This document shows positions 9,430 to 18,570 of a stretch of 64,000 nt of DNA, piece by piece. The DNA lies in NCBI GenBank assembly GCA_964651435.1, contig CAZYVU010000010.1, positions 11,392 to 75,391 of the forward strand. The letters are read 5' to 3'. Position numbers and translations under genes: made by a program. How positions within the stretch are numbered: position 1 is the stretch's first letter; each line of letters starts with the position of its first letter. This DNA is from an uncultured Pseudomonadota bacterium (GTDB taxonomy: Bacteria > Desulfobacterota > Syntrophorhabdia > Syntrophorhabdales > CAYQXL01). A model generated the notes under the pieces. The model made no database searches. It saw only the letters and a list, made by a program, of their open reading frames with translations, and had not been told where the DNA came from.

Positions 9430-10218
9430 CTACGGCCGATCCATGCGAATCTCTTTGTCCACCTCTTCCTCCAGCGACGTAAGCACCCGCTTGCGGAGGC
9501 TTATGTATGCGTCGCTCACGTAGTCCCTCGGCCGCGTGATGGAGGACTCGAATATGTGCTTCACGGTGCCGGGCCTGGCCGTCATGACGACGATTATGTC
9601 GGAAAGAAAGGTGGCCTCGATGACGCTGTGCGTCACGAAGATGACGGTCTTTCTGAGCCGCTCCCATATGCGCACCAGCTCACCCTGCATATACTTTTTT
9701 GTCTGCGCGTCCAGGGCGCCGAAGGGCTCGTCCATCAGGAGCACGTCGGGCTCGTAGGCCAGCGCCCGCGCAATGGCAACCCGCTGTTTCATGCCGCCCG
9801 ACAACGTGTGGGGGTAGGCGTTCTCAAAGCCCTGTAGGTTCACCAGCTCCACATATTGCATGGCGATCTCCCTGGCCTCCCTTTTCGTCCGGCCGTTGCT
9901 CCTGAGGCCGAACATGATGTTACCGAGGACGGTCTTCCAGGGGAAGAGCGCGTAGTCCTGAAAAACGAACCCGCGGTCCGGCGCCGGGCCCTCTATCGCC
10001 TTGCCATTCAGCAGGATCTCGCCGGACGTCGGCCTCTCGAATCCCGCTATGAGGTTGAGAAGGGTGGATTTGCCGCACCCCGAAGGGCCGACGAGCGTGA
10101 CAAACTTCCCGTCGGGAACGGCGAAGGTGATATCTTCCAGGGCCTGTATGTGTGCGCCTTCGTGGCGGTAGACCTTCGAGACCTTTCGGAGCTCTATCCT
10201 TAAGGGGTCCTGACTCAT
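9430..10218 (-). CDS. ABC transporter ATP-binding protein (NitT/TauT nitrate/sulfonate/taurine family type)
   Basis: Walker A GPSGCGKST, signature LSGGMKQRVAIARAL and Walker B LLMDEPFGALD. The ATG at 10218 forms an ATGA overlap with the permease stop. Confidence 0.9.
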   Translation of the reverse strand: MSQDPLRIELRKVSKVYRHEGAHIQALEDITFAVPDGKFVTLVGPSGCGKSTLLNLIAGFERPTSGEILLNGKAIEGPAPDRGFVFQDYALFPWKTVLGNIMFGLRSNGRTKREAREIAMQYVELVNLQGFENAYPHTLSGGMKQRVAIARALAYEPDVLLMDEPFGALDAQTKKYMQGELVRIWERLRKTVIFVTHSVIEATFLSDIIVVMTARPGTVKHIFESSITRPRDYVSDAYISLRKRVLTSLEEEVDKEIRMDRP

Positions 10219-11006
10219 GAGCCCGCCACGATGCCCCACCGGCGCAGCGTGCCCGCTTCCACCCTCTGGAGGACGGCCCGGTCCAGAAGGGCGCCGATGA
10301 TACCGATGGAGGCAAGCCCGACAAGCATTATTCCGGCGTCATTCCAGAATCGCGCATCGTAGATCATCTTGCCCAGGCCCCAGCCTACGGCCGCGGCCAG
10401 CATCTCGCTCCCCACCAGCGCCCGCCAGCAGTAACCCACGGAAAGGCGAAGGGCGGGCAGAACATAGACCAGGGTGCCCGGCAAAATGACCTCCAGGTAG
10501 AGCCGCGGGCCGCCGACGCCCATGATGCGGGCCGCGTTGACCTGGCGGGGGCTTAGTGCGGCCATGCCTGCCATGGTGCTCATGGTGATCTCAAAAACGC
10601 CCCCGAGAAAAACGGCCATGATGACGGTGCCGCTCCCGAGGCCTGCAGTCACGAGCAGTAGGGGCACCCAGGCGATGGTGGGCACTGCCATGAGGAAGCT
10701 CAGGGTGGGCGAGAAGGCCTCCCGGGCCGTTCTGCTCAACCCCAGGAGGGTACCCGCCGCTATGCCCGCAGCGGCCGCCAGCAGGTACCCCACGGAAAGG
10801 CGGCCCAGGCTGTTAAGCATATGGCGCATCAGCGTCCCTTTCTCGAAGAGAAGCACGGCAAACTGGCCGGCGATGGCCGTAGGGGGTGGCAGTATGGCAG
10901 GGTTCACGATGCCCGTCCTGCAAAGGGCCTCCCAGGCCGCGCAGATGACGAGCCAGGGGAGAATGATGTCGACGACGGTTCTCCTCACCGGCCCACCATG
11001 CCCCAC
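10215..11006 (-). CDS. ABC transporter permease (NitT/TauT type), copy 2
   Basis: Multi-pass hydrophobic protein with the EAA-like loop region AALSPRQVNAARIMGVGGPRLYLEVILP. An alternative GTG start at 10988 would make a GTGA overlap with the upstream stop. Confidence 0.85.
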   Translation of the reverse strand: MGHGGPVRRTVVDIILPWLVICAAWEALCRTGIVNPAILPPPTAIAGQFAVLLFEKGTLMRHMLNSLGRLSVGYLLAAAAGIAAGTLLGLSRTAREAFSPTLSFLMAVPTIAWVPLLLVTAGLGSGTVIMAVFLGGVFEITMSTMAGMAALSPRQVNAARIMGVGGPRLYLEVILPGTLVYVLPALRLSVGYCWRALVGSEMLAAAVGWGLGKMIYDARFWNDAGIMLVGLASIGIIGALLDRAVLQRVEAGTLRRWGIVAGS

Positions 11007-11761
11007 TTGCGCACCGTCGCGCGCTCAAGCGCCGCCATGAGCCCCTTATCGATAACGGTGAAGGTGATACCCAGCAGAATGATGCCCCCGAAAACGACGC
11101 TGACGCGCAGGTGCTCCGCCGCGTCCCAGATCATGTAGCCCATTCCGAGGCCAGTGGCGGCGACAAGCTCGACGGCCACAACCGTTCGCCAGCACCGGGC
11201 AAGCCCTTGTCTAACACCCGTGAGAATGTGGATGGCAGCCCAGGGCACGTACACGTGAAGCACCATGGCAGGCCCCCGCACGCCCATTACCAGGGCCGCG
11301 CGCACCAGTCTCCTGTCGACGCTGCGCACCCCGGCCGATGCATTGTAGGCAAGGGGAAAAAAGCTCGCAACAGCCCCGATGGCGACGATCGTTCCGTCGC
11401 CGAAGCCCATCCAGATGATGAAGAGCGGCGCCATGGCGATGCCCGGTATGGGGAGGATCACGGCAAGGACAGGGGAAAGCAGCCGGTTCAGGCGGTCAAA
11501 AAGGCCCATGAGGACACCCGCCACTATACCCAGCGAGATGCCGATGAGCGAACCCAGCAGAAGGCGCCGCAACGTTGCCAGGAAATGGCCCAGCAGAACC
11601 GGTTTGCCTCCGGCCGAGAGGCGTTCGAGGCCCAGCATGTCGCTGAAGACCTGCGCGGGGGACGAGAAAAGGCCTTGTTCGAGCATGCCTGCCCATGCCA
11701 GGGCCTGCCAGAGGAGCAGGATGCCTGCCGGCGGCGCCAGAGCCAAGAGCATCTTTCTCAC
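10985..11761 (-). CDS. ABC transporter permease (NitT/TauT type), copy 1
   Basis: Hydrophobic multi-pass protein with SVDRRLVRAALVMGVRGPAMVLHVYVP. The ORF-track start at 11761 is a GTG touching the repeat core; an ATG lies at 11752. Confidence 0.85.
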   Translation of the reverse strand: MRKMLLALAPPAGILLLWQALAWAGMLEQGLFSSPAQVFSDMLGLERLSAGGKPVLLGHFLATLRRLLLGSLIGISLGIVAGVLMGLFDRLNRLLSPVLAVILPIPGIAMAPLFIIWMGFGDGTIVAIGAVASFFPLAYNASAGVRSVDRRLVRAALVMGVRGPAMVLHVYVPWAAIHILTGVRQGLARCWRTVVAVELVAATGLGMGYMIWDAAEHLRVSVVFGGIILLGITFTVIDKGLMAALERATVRKWGMVGR

Positions 11762-11784
11762 GGGGTCACATCTTCAATTGTCAA
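11761..11784. repeat. Core repeat copy (reverse form) between the SBP and permease genes
   Basis: 11761-11784 = CGGGGTCACATCTTCAATTGTCAA. The extended match CAGTATCCARGACAACAAATTGACAATTGAAG is shared with 5768-5797 (reverse complement). Confidence 0.95.
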
Positions 11785-11886
11785 TTTGTTGTCCTGGATA
11801 CTGGGGGCTGGTGATTGGGTTTGTCTGGTTTGTCTCGTTGTGAACAAAATAAACCTAACAAACCATATAGACCATATAAACCGCCT

Positions 11887-12885
11887 CTATTTCGCAGTTC
11901 GGCGCTCCCGTTCGCGAAGGGCCTTGGCCTCGGCAAGCAGGGAGGCGTCCCACTTGATGGCGGGGATACGGTCGATCTTCTTCTCGGCGTGGAGGAACCT
12001 TGCCGCCTCCTGCACGTCCTTTACAATCCCTTCATCAAGGTCCAGAGAGAAGTCGATGCGCTTAAACACCCGCTCGAAGACCTCGGGGGACACGTTGTAG
12101 CCTTTCTGATTTGCGGCCTGCGCCGCCACCTTGGCCGCCCTTTTCGGGTCGGTCCGGATGAAATCGGCCTTATCGAGGTGGGCGGCCAGAAACCGCACGA
12201 TCTCCGCCCGGTTCGTACGAACAAAGTCCGCTGTTGTGTGGAGGAGGACGGGAACACGCGAAACGTCGCCGTATGTCCGGAGCACCCGGCCCGACCCTTG
12301 AGCCTCCGCGATGGCGCAGGTCGGCTCCCATGCCGTGAAGGCCTCGATGGAGCCGCCTTTGAGCGCCGCACCCATGTCCTCGATCTTCAGGTTCACCCAC
12401 CGAAAGTCGTCCCAGGAGAGGCCTTTTGTCCTCTCGAAATACTTCCTCAGCACCTGTTCGGCCCCGGTGCCGAGACGCGTCGCCACCGTCTTGCCCTTGA
12501 GGTCGCTCCACGAGCCGTATTTCGAGTTGGCCCTCACCACCGTGGCGTATCGGTCGCCCCGCTGAACGACGCCGACGATGACGGCCCGGTCGCCGAGGGC
12601 ATTGAAGAGTTCTACGCTCTTGCTGTCGCTTCCACAGTTGATCTTGCAGCGCCCGGCAATGAGGGCCTGGTTGCCCTCCGTACCGGAACTGAAGAGGAGG
12701 TGCTCCACCGCCAGCCCGTAGCGTTTCCAAAGCTCAGGCTGCCCCTGGAGCAGAAACTCCTCCGGATAATACTGCCCTGCGTAGCAGAAGGGGCTGCTCT
12801 TCTGGGCCCAAGCCGTCGTGCCATGCCCTGCCAGGAGAAGTGCAAAAATGACGATACCAATGGATAAAGCGGTTCCTGTCTTCAT
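11887..12885 (-). CDS. ABC transporter periplasmic substrate-binding protein (NMT1/THI5-like, NitT/TauT type)
   Basis: Signal peptide MKTGTALSIGIVIFALLLAGHGTTAWA. The size, alternating pattern and gene context with two permeases and an ATPase fit this family. Confidence 0.8.
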   Translation of the reverse strand: MKTGTALSIGIVIFALLLAGHGTTAWAQKSSPFCYAGQYYPEEFLLQGQPELWKRYGLAVEHLLFSSGTEGNQALIAGRCKINCGSDSKSVELFNALGDRAVIVGVVQRGDRYATVVRANSKYGSWSDLKGKTVATRLGTGAEQVLRKYFERTKGLSWDDFRWVNLKIEDMGAALKGGSIEAFTAWEPTCAIAEAQGSGRVLRTYGDVSRVPVLLHTTADFVRTNRAEIVRFLAAHLDKADFIRTDPKRAAKVAAQAANQKGYNVSPEVFERVFKRIDFSLDLDEGIVKDVQEAARFLHAEKKIDRIPAIKWDASLLAEAKALRERERRTAK

Positions 12886-12888
12886 TCT

Positions 12889-13539
12889 CTAATGATCCTT
12901 TGAAAAATGAAAGTATCTCCACGATAGATACTCAAGGGTCTCCCCCGGCACAAAGCCACGGGAGACACATTCGCGGCCCAGCCTCTTTTCGTCAAAACCC
13001 CCATAGCCCAGCTCCCACCTGTGGTTCTTAGTCTCCAGCCGGCTCTTTTTCCACCTGACGTACATGCTCTTTCTCAACCGGAGCACTTTGACGTCAAAGA
13101 TGCACCTGCGCACGGAAAAAAGCGGCAGGCTTATGAACAGGCCCCCGGTGACGTAGTCCTTGATATTGTCCAGCACGACGCCCAACTCCTCAAACTCCAT
13201 ATGCTCGAATACCTCGAAGGCACAGAAATGATCGAAGGGTCCGGCGGGGCGGTAGTCAACGGCGTCGATGACGATATCGGGCGACTTTGCCGGATCGATG
13301 TCCAGCGTAGTCACCGTGACGCCCTTTGTCCTCAGGTAATTGGCCAGGAAGCCCGTCCCGATGCCAAGCTCCACGACAGAATCCCCCGGCCTAACGTGGC
13401 CCTCCATGAGCTTCAACTGATACCAGTAGGAATTCCAGTGCTCGATCCGTTCGAGACTGTGAATCCATTCCGAATCGTAGCTTCTCTTTCGGTCTGCCAA
13501 ACCGTTACCGGATGAAGCCGTGCCTTCTGAGCAGGGCAA
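12889..13539 (-). CDS. Class I SAM-dependent methyltransferase
   Basis: Motif I VVELGIGTGFLANYL followed by the acidic TLDID. The start is a TTG in the ORF track and is uncertain. Confidence 0.75.
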   Translation of the reverse strand: MPCSEGTASSGNGLADRKRSYDSEWIHSLERIEHWNSYWYQLKLMEGHVRPGDSVVELGIGTGFLANYLRTKGVTVTTLDIDPAKSPDIVIDAVDYRPAGPFDHFCAFEVFEHMEFEELGVVLDNIKDYVTGGLFISLPLFSVRRCIFDVKVLRLRKSMYVRWKKSRLETKNHRWELGYGGFDEKRLGRECVSRGFVPGETLEYLSWRYFHFSKDH

Positions 13540-15082
13540 AGGCAGGTCTTCGCAGCTCGTCGTCTCTCAGAAAAACAAGGAGGTAGTAGCCGAGCGTTGC
13601 GGCCGCCATGACCGCCACCAACGGAAAATGTGACAGTCCGAACCACCACTTGCCGATTGCGATGGCTGCCAGGAAGGGGCTGCCGACGAGACAGCATCTT
13701 GCCAGGTGGAATAACGTCCGTCCGGCCGAAAGCCCGACCATGGTATTGAGCCACACGCAGAGGGCACCATAGCAGAGGGCGCTGGACACAGTGAACAAAG
13801 CGAGCGTCAGCATAATGTTGCCCGTCAGGCCGCCTATTACGAGCGACAGAAGCCTGACCGTGAAGAGTATGGCGTTAAATAGAAGGGCCTGGCTCTGCTT
13901 CTCCATGACGCTGGTGAGGGTGCTCATGGGGGACGAAATAAACTGGAGAAAGAGCCACACCCCCGTAATCTGAACGTACGTTCCAGCCTCCGCCCATTTG
14001 TCCCCGAAAACGATGATGAAGAGCTCCCGGCCCGCTATCGTGAGCAGGAGGATGGGAAACATGCCGTAGCCGATAAGCCTCTTGTACACGTCATCAACGA
14101 GCCCGGCAAGGTTGTCCCGCGACCGGAACGCCTCTGCCGTCCTCTGAAAAAAGACCTGCGCTATGGCCCCCCCGGCCAGGACCATGGGTGCGGCGAGCAC
14201 CGTTCGCCCAAGGTCGTAGAAGCCCACGATAGCCGGTGAAAAATAGATGGCCAGGACCCAGGTGGGGACGCTGTGGGACGCCGCGTTCAGCAGGGCGGAC
14301 CAGGAACCGAAAAGCGGAAACCTCTTATAGCGCCTCAGGCCCACCTGCACGGACCGCCAATTGACACCGGGACGGAGCCTTCGCCGGTCATCCCTTAAGA
14401 TTTGGCCGCCCAGAAAGAGGACCGACAGGAGGTTGCCGAGAACGGCCGAGCAGATCAGAACGCCCCCGCTCACGAAGCCCGAAAACCCGAGGCCCAGCTT
14501 GGTCCCCTGGGCGAAGATCGATGAAAGGCCCTGGGCAACGGAGAGGCGGCCGAACCGCCTCCTCCTCGTGTTCCACGAATTGAGTGCCAGAAAAAAACCT
14601 CCAAGGCACACGGACAGGGGCATGAGCCAGAGGTATTTGAGGAGCATGGGCGCATTGAGGGCCCTCGCCAGGTCCTTTCCGAAAAAGAAAAGCAGTATCG
14701 AGACGAGGGCGGTCATTGCGATGGTAAGCAGAATGCAGAGCACGAAGAGACCCGCCGCCTCCTCGTCCGTCTCGGGCAGCATGATGGCGAGCTCGTACCG
14801 CAAGCAGGTCACGAGGGTGATGACGACGGATATGGAGACAAAGAGCGCGGCAACGCCGAAGGCCTCCGGCGCAAAGAGGCGCGTTGTTACCGGGGCCGCC
14901 AGGATGCCGATGGCGTGGGCGAAGACGTTGCCCGTGATGAGCTTGAACACACTGCCGGCAAAGCTGTAAGGCCTTCCCGTTTCCGGCCCTGCCTCCGGCC
15001 CGTCAGCCTGCAACAGGGGTCTCCAGGGCAGCGCGAAGCGCCTCGGCGACGACGGCCTGCTGACCCTCCGCCAGAAAGGCAC
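13505..15082 (-). CDS. Polysaccharide flippase, MOP/Wzx-like
   Basis: About 12-14 hydrophobic segments. The N-terminal LITGNVFAHAIGILAAPVTTRLFAPEAFG is typical of polysaccharide-biosynthesis (Wzx/RfbX) proteins. The annotated GTG start overlaps the upstream gene by 80 nt, so the true start is probably further in. Confidence 0.75.
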   Translation of the reverse strand: MPFWRRVSRPSSPRRFALPWRPLLQADGPEAGPETGRPYSFAGSVFKLITGNVFAHAIGILAAPVTTRLFAPEAFGVAALFVSISVVITLVTCLRYELAIMLPETDEEAAGLFVLCILLTIAMTALVSILLFFFGKDLARALNAPMLLKYLWLMPLSVCLGGFFLALNSWNTRRRRFGRLSVAQGLSSIFAQGTKLGLGFSGFVSGGVLICSAVLGNLLSVLFLGGQILRDDRRRLRPGVNWRSVQVGLRRYKRFPLFGSWSALLNAASHSVPTWVLAIYFSPAIVGFYDLGRTVLAAPMVLAGGAIAQVFFQRTAEAFRSRDNLAGLVDDVYKRLIGYGMFPILLLTIAGRELFIIVFGDKWAEAGTYVQITGVWLFLQFISSPMSTLTSVMEKQSQALLFNAILFTVRLLSLVIGGLTGNIMLTLALFTVSSALCYGALCVWLNTMVGLSAGRTLFHLARCCLVGSPFLAAIAIGKWWFGLSHFPLVAVMAAATLGYYLLVFLRDDELRRPAFALLRRHGFIR

Positions 15083-16121
15083 CCATTGGAAGGCTCATGA
15101 CCTCCCGGCTCGTTTCTTCGGCCACGGGAAAACTGTTCTTCCCATGGCCCAGGTGCGCATAGGCGGGCTGGAGGTGGACAGGCGTTTCATAGTAGACGGC
15201 GACGGAAATGCCGCCGGCGCGCAACGCCCTCACCACAGCGTCCCGGCGGGGTACGAGGATGGAGTACTGGGCGAAAACCGGTCTCACCCCTTCTCGAATG
15301 ACGGGCCTCTTTAGGCCCGGCAGACCGGCCAAGAGCGCCCCGTAGCGGGCGGCGGCCTCCTCTCTTCTCGCGATCTCATCATCGAGGCGTCTCAGTTTGA
15401 CCCTGAGGATCGCCGCCTGGATGGCATCCAGCCTCGAGTTCAGCCCGACCGAATAAGCCTCGCCTTTCCCGTCTAATCCGTGGCGCCTCAACTCTTTCAG
15501 CTTCAGGGCCAGGGAGGGATCGTCCGTAAAAACGGCCCCACCGTCGCCGTAGCCGCCCAGGGGCTTGGACGGAAAAAAGCTTGTGCAGCCTATGCCGGAA
15601 AGGGCGCAGGACCGCGTCCCCTTGTAACGGGCGCCAAAGCTTTGGGCACCGTCCTCTATCACAGGAAGGGAGTGGCGGGCGGCGACGGCGTTAATCTCAT
15701 CAAAATCGGCCGGTTGTCCGAAGAGGCCGACGGCAACGATGGCCTTGGTCCGCTCCGTAATCTTCGGCTCAATCCGGGCGGCGTCGATGTTGAACGTCTC
15801 CTTGTCGATATCGGCGAAAACGGGTGTTGCCCCGCGCAGCGCGATGGCCCCTGCCGTTGCCGCGAAGGTAAACGGCGTGGTGATCACCTCATCCCCCGCC
15901 CCTATCCGGAGGGCCATGAGGCTCAGGACGAGCGCATCGGTGCCGCTGGCGCAGGTAACGGCATGCCTAACGCCCACATAGGAGGAAAGCTCCGTCTCCA
16001 GCGCCTCCACCTCTTCTCCGCCGATAAAGGCGGCAGAATCGAGGACACGCTGAATGGCGCCGTCGATCTCTTCCTTGTATGCGCGATACTGGGCCTTTAG
16101 GTCAACAAGGGGGATCTTCAT
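15003..16121 (-). CDS. wbpE: DegT/DnrJ/EryC1 family sugar aminotransferase, WbpE-like
   Basis: MKIPLVDLKAQY, CASGTDAL, VIEDGAQSFGA, CTSFFPSKPLGGYGDGGA and NSRLDAIQAAIL closely follow the P. aeruginosa WbpE sequence as I recall it. Confidence 0.88.
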   Translation of the reverse strand: MKIPLVDLKAQYRAYKEEIDGAIQRVLDSAAFIGGEEVEALETELSSYVGVRHAVTCASGTDALVLSLMALRIGAGDEVITTPFTFAATAGAIALRGATPVFADIDKETFNIDAARIEPKITERTKAIVAVGLFGQPADFDEINAVAARHSLPVIEDGAQSFGARYKGTRSCALSGIGCTSFFPSKPLGGYGDGGAVFTDDPSLALKLKELRRHGLDGKGEAYSVGLNSRLDAIQAAILRVKLRRLDDEIARREEAAARYGALLAGLPGLKRPVIREGVRPVFAQYSILVPRRDAVVRALRAGGISVAVYYETPVHLQPAYAHLGHGKNSFPVAEETSREVMSLPMGAFLAEGQQAVVAEALRAALETPVAG

Positions 16122-16127
16122 GGCGAT

Positions 16128-16793
16128 CTACGATTCGCGTAACGGCCGAAGCACTCCGTCTTGGAGGCTGTATTGGTTGCCGCAGGCGCGGCACCTTACC
16201 TCTCCTCCGGCCATGGCAGGCGCCCGGTAGTCGTCTGCCGGCAACGCCCCGGCCACACCGGACGGGGTAAACCCGATCTCAAGCGTCGTGCCGCACTTAC
16301 AGACCCAGCCCTTCTGTACGGCGGGCACGCCGGCCACAAGGGCATAGTCGGGCACGCCGGCCGTAACGACGGCGCCGGCCGCCACCATTGCGTAACACCC
16401 GATGGTGTTTCCGCACAGTATGGTGGCGTTGGCCCCGATGGTGGCGCCTTGCCTCACCAGGGTTTTCCTGAACTCATGCTTCCTTTCGATGAATGCCCTG
16501 GGGTTGTAAACGTTTGTGAAAACACACGAGGGGCCACAGAAGACCTCGTCCTCCAGGGTGACGCCCGTGAAGACGGACACGTTGTTCTGGATCTTGCAAC
16601 GGTCGCCGACAGAGACGTCGGGACCGATGGAGACGTTCTGCCCGATGGTGCAACCTTCGCCGATAACGGAGTTGCGGAGAATGTGGGAAAAGTGCCATAT
16701 CTTCGTGCCCCGGCCGATCTTGACGCCGTCATCGACGCTGGCGCTTTCGTGAACGAACATTTGCGGTTCCGATCCGTTTTGTGGGGAGGTCAT
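16128..16793 (-). CDS. wbpD: Hexapeptide-repeat N-acetyltransferase, WbpD-like
   Basis: VWHF-type region [39 protein letters not shown] and [13 protein letters not shown] are the WbpD/WlbB pattern. ATGA overlap with the upstream gene at 16790-16793. Confidence 0.85.
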   Translation of the reverse strand: MTSPQNGSEPQMFVHESASVDDGVKIGRGTKIWHFSHILRNSVIGEGCTIGQNVSIGPDVSVGDRCKIQNNVSVFTGVTLEDEVFCGPSCVFTNVYNPRAFIERKHEFRKTLVRQGATIGANATILCGNTIGCYAMVAAGAVVTAGVPDYALVAGVPAVQKGWVCKCGTTLEIGFTPSGVAGALPADDYRAPAMAGGEVRCRACGNQYSLQDGVLRPLRES

Positions 16794-17554
16794 TCGCCCT
16801 CGATAATCAGCCGTCCGTCCCTGCGGGACACAAAGGCGAGGTTTCCGCAGAGGTAGTCCTCTGCCGCCTCACCTTCTGCGGCGAGGTAGGCCCGGAGCAC
16901 CTCCGACCGCGTTGCCGGTCTTGTGGTCCACCAGATGGGATGGATGACAAGCTGGAGAGGCTGCCCCTCAAAGGATGGGACCTCCGAGCAGACACAGCCC
17001 GTCCTCCAGACCCTTCGCGAATCCGTTCTGGTGACAAAGACGCCGGACTGGCTCATGGCGTGAGCGTCCGGGGGAAGGTGCGCCGGCAACCGGCCCTCCG
17101 GTAACCCATCAAGCATCCCGTGGGTAAGGGGGCGGTGCCAGCTAAAGGAGTCGAGGGTGCCAAGCTCCAGGCGGGCCAGGGAGAAGAGCGAAAGCAGGGC
17201 CTCGCCGGCATCGGGCCGACCGTCGCCGTCGCCGAAAAGGGCCTTTGCGTCCACATGCAGCCCGACGTGGTGCCCCAGAGACCTCAGCTCTTCGATGATT
17301 GCCCGTGAACCGCCCGTGGCCGGATTGTAGGCATCGGACGTAACCATAACGTGGTATACGGCCGAGATACCCATCTCGGCCTCAATGCGGGCCATACGCA
17401 GGGCTTCTCGCAGGCTCAGATCCACATCGTGACGCATGACGATCCTATGGGGCCGGCCCGCCTCGGGCGACGAAAAGCAGGTGAACCGGTATCCCGCAGA
17501 CAGGAAGGCCCGGACAATCTCTTTGTAATGCTCCTCGGTAAACGCACAGGTCAT
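16790..17554 (-). CDS. Polysaccharide deacetylase-fold protein (second HDVD-motif paralogue)
   Basis: [32 protein letters not shown] and [13 protein letters not shown] overlap with the upstream gene (17551-17554). Confidence 0.6.
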   Translation of the reverse strand: MTCAFTEEHYKEIVRAFLSAGYRFTCFSSPEAGRPHRIVMRHDVDLSLREALRMARIEAEMGISAVYHVMVTSDAYNPATGGSRAIIEELRSLGHHVGLHVDAKALFGDGDGRPDAGEALLSLFSLARLELGTLDSFSWHRPLTHGMLDGLPEGRLPAHLPPDAHAMSQSGVFVTRTDSRRVWRTGCVCSEVPSFEGQPLQLVIHPIWWTTRPATRSEVLRAYLAAEGEAAEDYLCGNLAFVSRRDGRLIIEGE

Positions 17555-18537
17555 TTGACTATCTTTTCATCCTCGTCGCCGCGTTCGGGGTAGCGCTTCC
17601 GGAGCCTCCTCGCGGGCACCCCTGCCACGATCTCGTTTTCCCCCACGGACCGCGTGACGATCGATCCGAGGCCGGTCATCGACCGGTCACCGAAGGTGAT
17701 GCCGTTCATGAGCGTCGTCGAAGGGGCAAGCCAGGCCGAAGCTCCGACGACGCTGCTACCGCCGAGCACATCGCTTCCCGTAACCAGGGCCCCCCGCCCG
17801 ATCAGCACGTTGTGTCCCACGTTGACCAGGTGGCCGATCTTGACGTGATCCTCGATGATCGTATCGTTCAGGGAGCCCCTGCAGACGCAGGCGTTGGAAA
17901 GGATCTCCACGTCCTCTCCGATGCGCACCAGGCCGAAGTGGACGAACTTCACCGCCTCGCCCGTGGCCTCGTCGAGCTCGTATCCGAAACTGTCCAGGCC
18001 GATGGTGCAGTTGGCACCGATGACGCAGTTGGGGCCGATTCTGGCATGGTCGATGACCGTGTTGGGGCCGATGACGCAGTTAGGGCCGATCTGCGTGTCG
18101 GGGCCGATGACCACCCCCGGCCCGAGACGGACCCCGGCCGCTATCGTGGCGCTTCGGCTGATGCGCTGTCTCTGCCTGGCCACCGGCTCGTCGGACCGGA
18201 ACGGCAGCAGAAGGAGCGCCATGACAAACCGCGGCTTCGCGGTGATGATCAGCACGCGGCCGGTGGAAAAGTCGTCCGGCAGGAGGCGGGCAAGGACGGG
18301 CGGGAGAACGATGAAGCAGGATTGTGAGGCCAGCAGCGCCTTGAGCCTCGCCGGTCCATCGTCCTTGCAGAAGACCAGGTCCGTCTCGGCGGCAAGCTCC
18401 AGAGACCTGCCGCCCGAAATGGCCAGCTCGCGCCTCAGCCCTCTCCTGTCCCGGATCTCAGCGATGAGCTCGCGCCACCGGGGCCGGATGGTCTCCAGAA
18501 GATCATCGAGGAAGAGGTTTTTGGGCTTCCTATTCAT
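17551..18537 (-). CDS. Left-handed beta-helix (LbH) acyltransferase, LpxD-like
   Basis: Long run of hexapeptide repeats (GVRLGPGVVIGPDTQIGPNCVIGPNTVIDHARIGPNCVIGANCTIG ...) with an N-terminal non-repeat domain. Confidence 0.8.
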   Translation of the reverse strand: MNRKPKNLFLDDLLETIRPRWRELIAEIRDRRGLRRELAISGGRSLELAAETDLVFCKDDGPARLKALLASQSCFIVLPPVLARLLPDDFSTGRVLIITAKPRFVMALLLLPFRSDEPVARQRQRISRSATIAAGVRLGPGVVIGPDTQIGPNCVIGPNTVIDHARIGPNCVIGANCTIGLDSFGYELDEATGEAVKFVHFGLVRIGEDVEILSNACVCRGSLNDTIIEDHVKIGHLVNVGHNVLIGRGALVTGSDVLGGSSVVGASAWLAPSTTLMNGITFGDRSMTGLGSIVTRSVGENEIVAGVPARRLRKRYPERGDEDEKIVK

Positions 18538-18570
18538 AACTCTAAGTCTCCGGAAGCAATGCGGGAGTCG

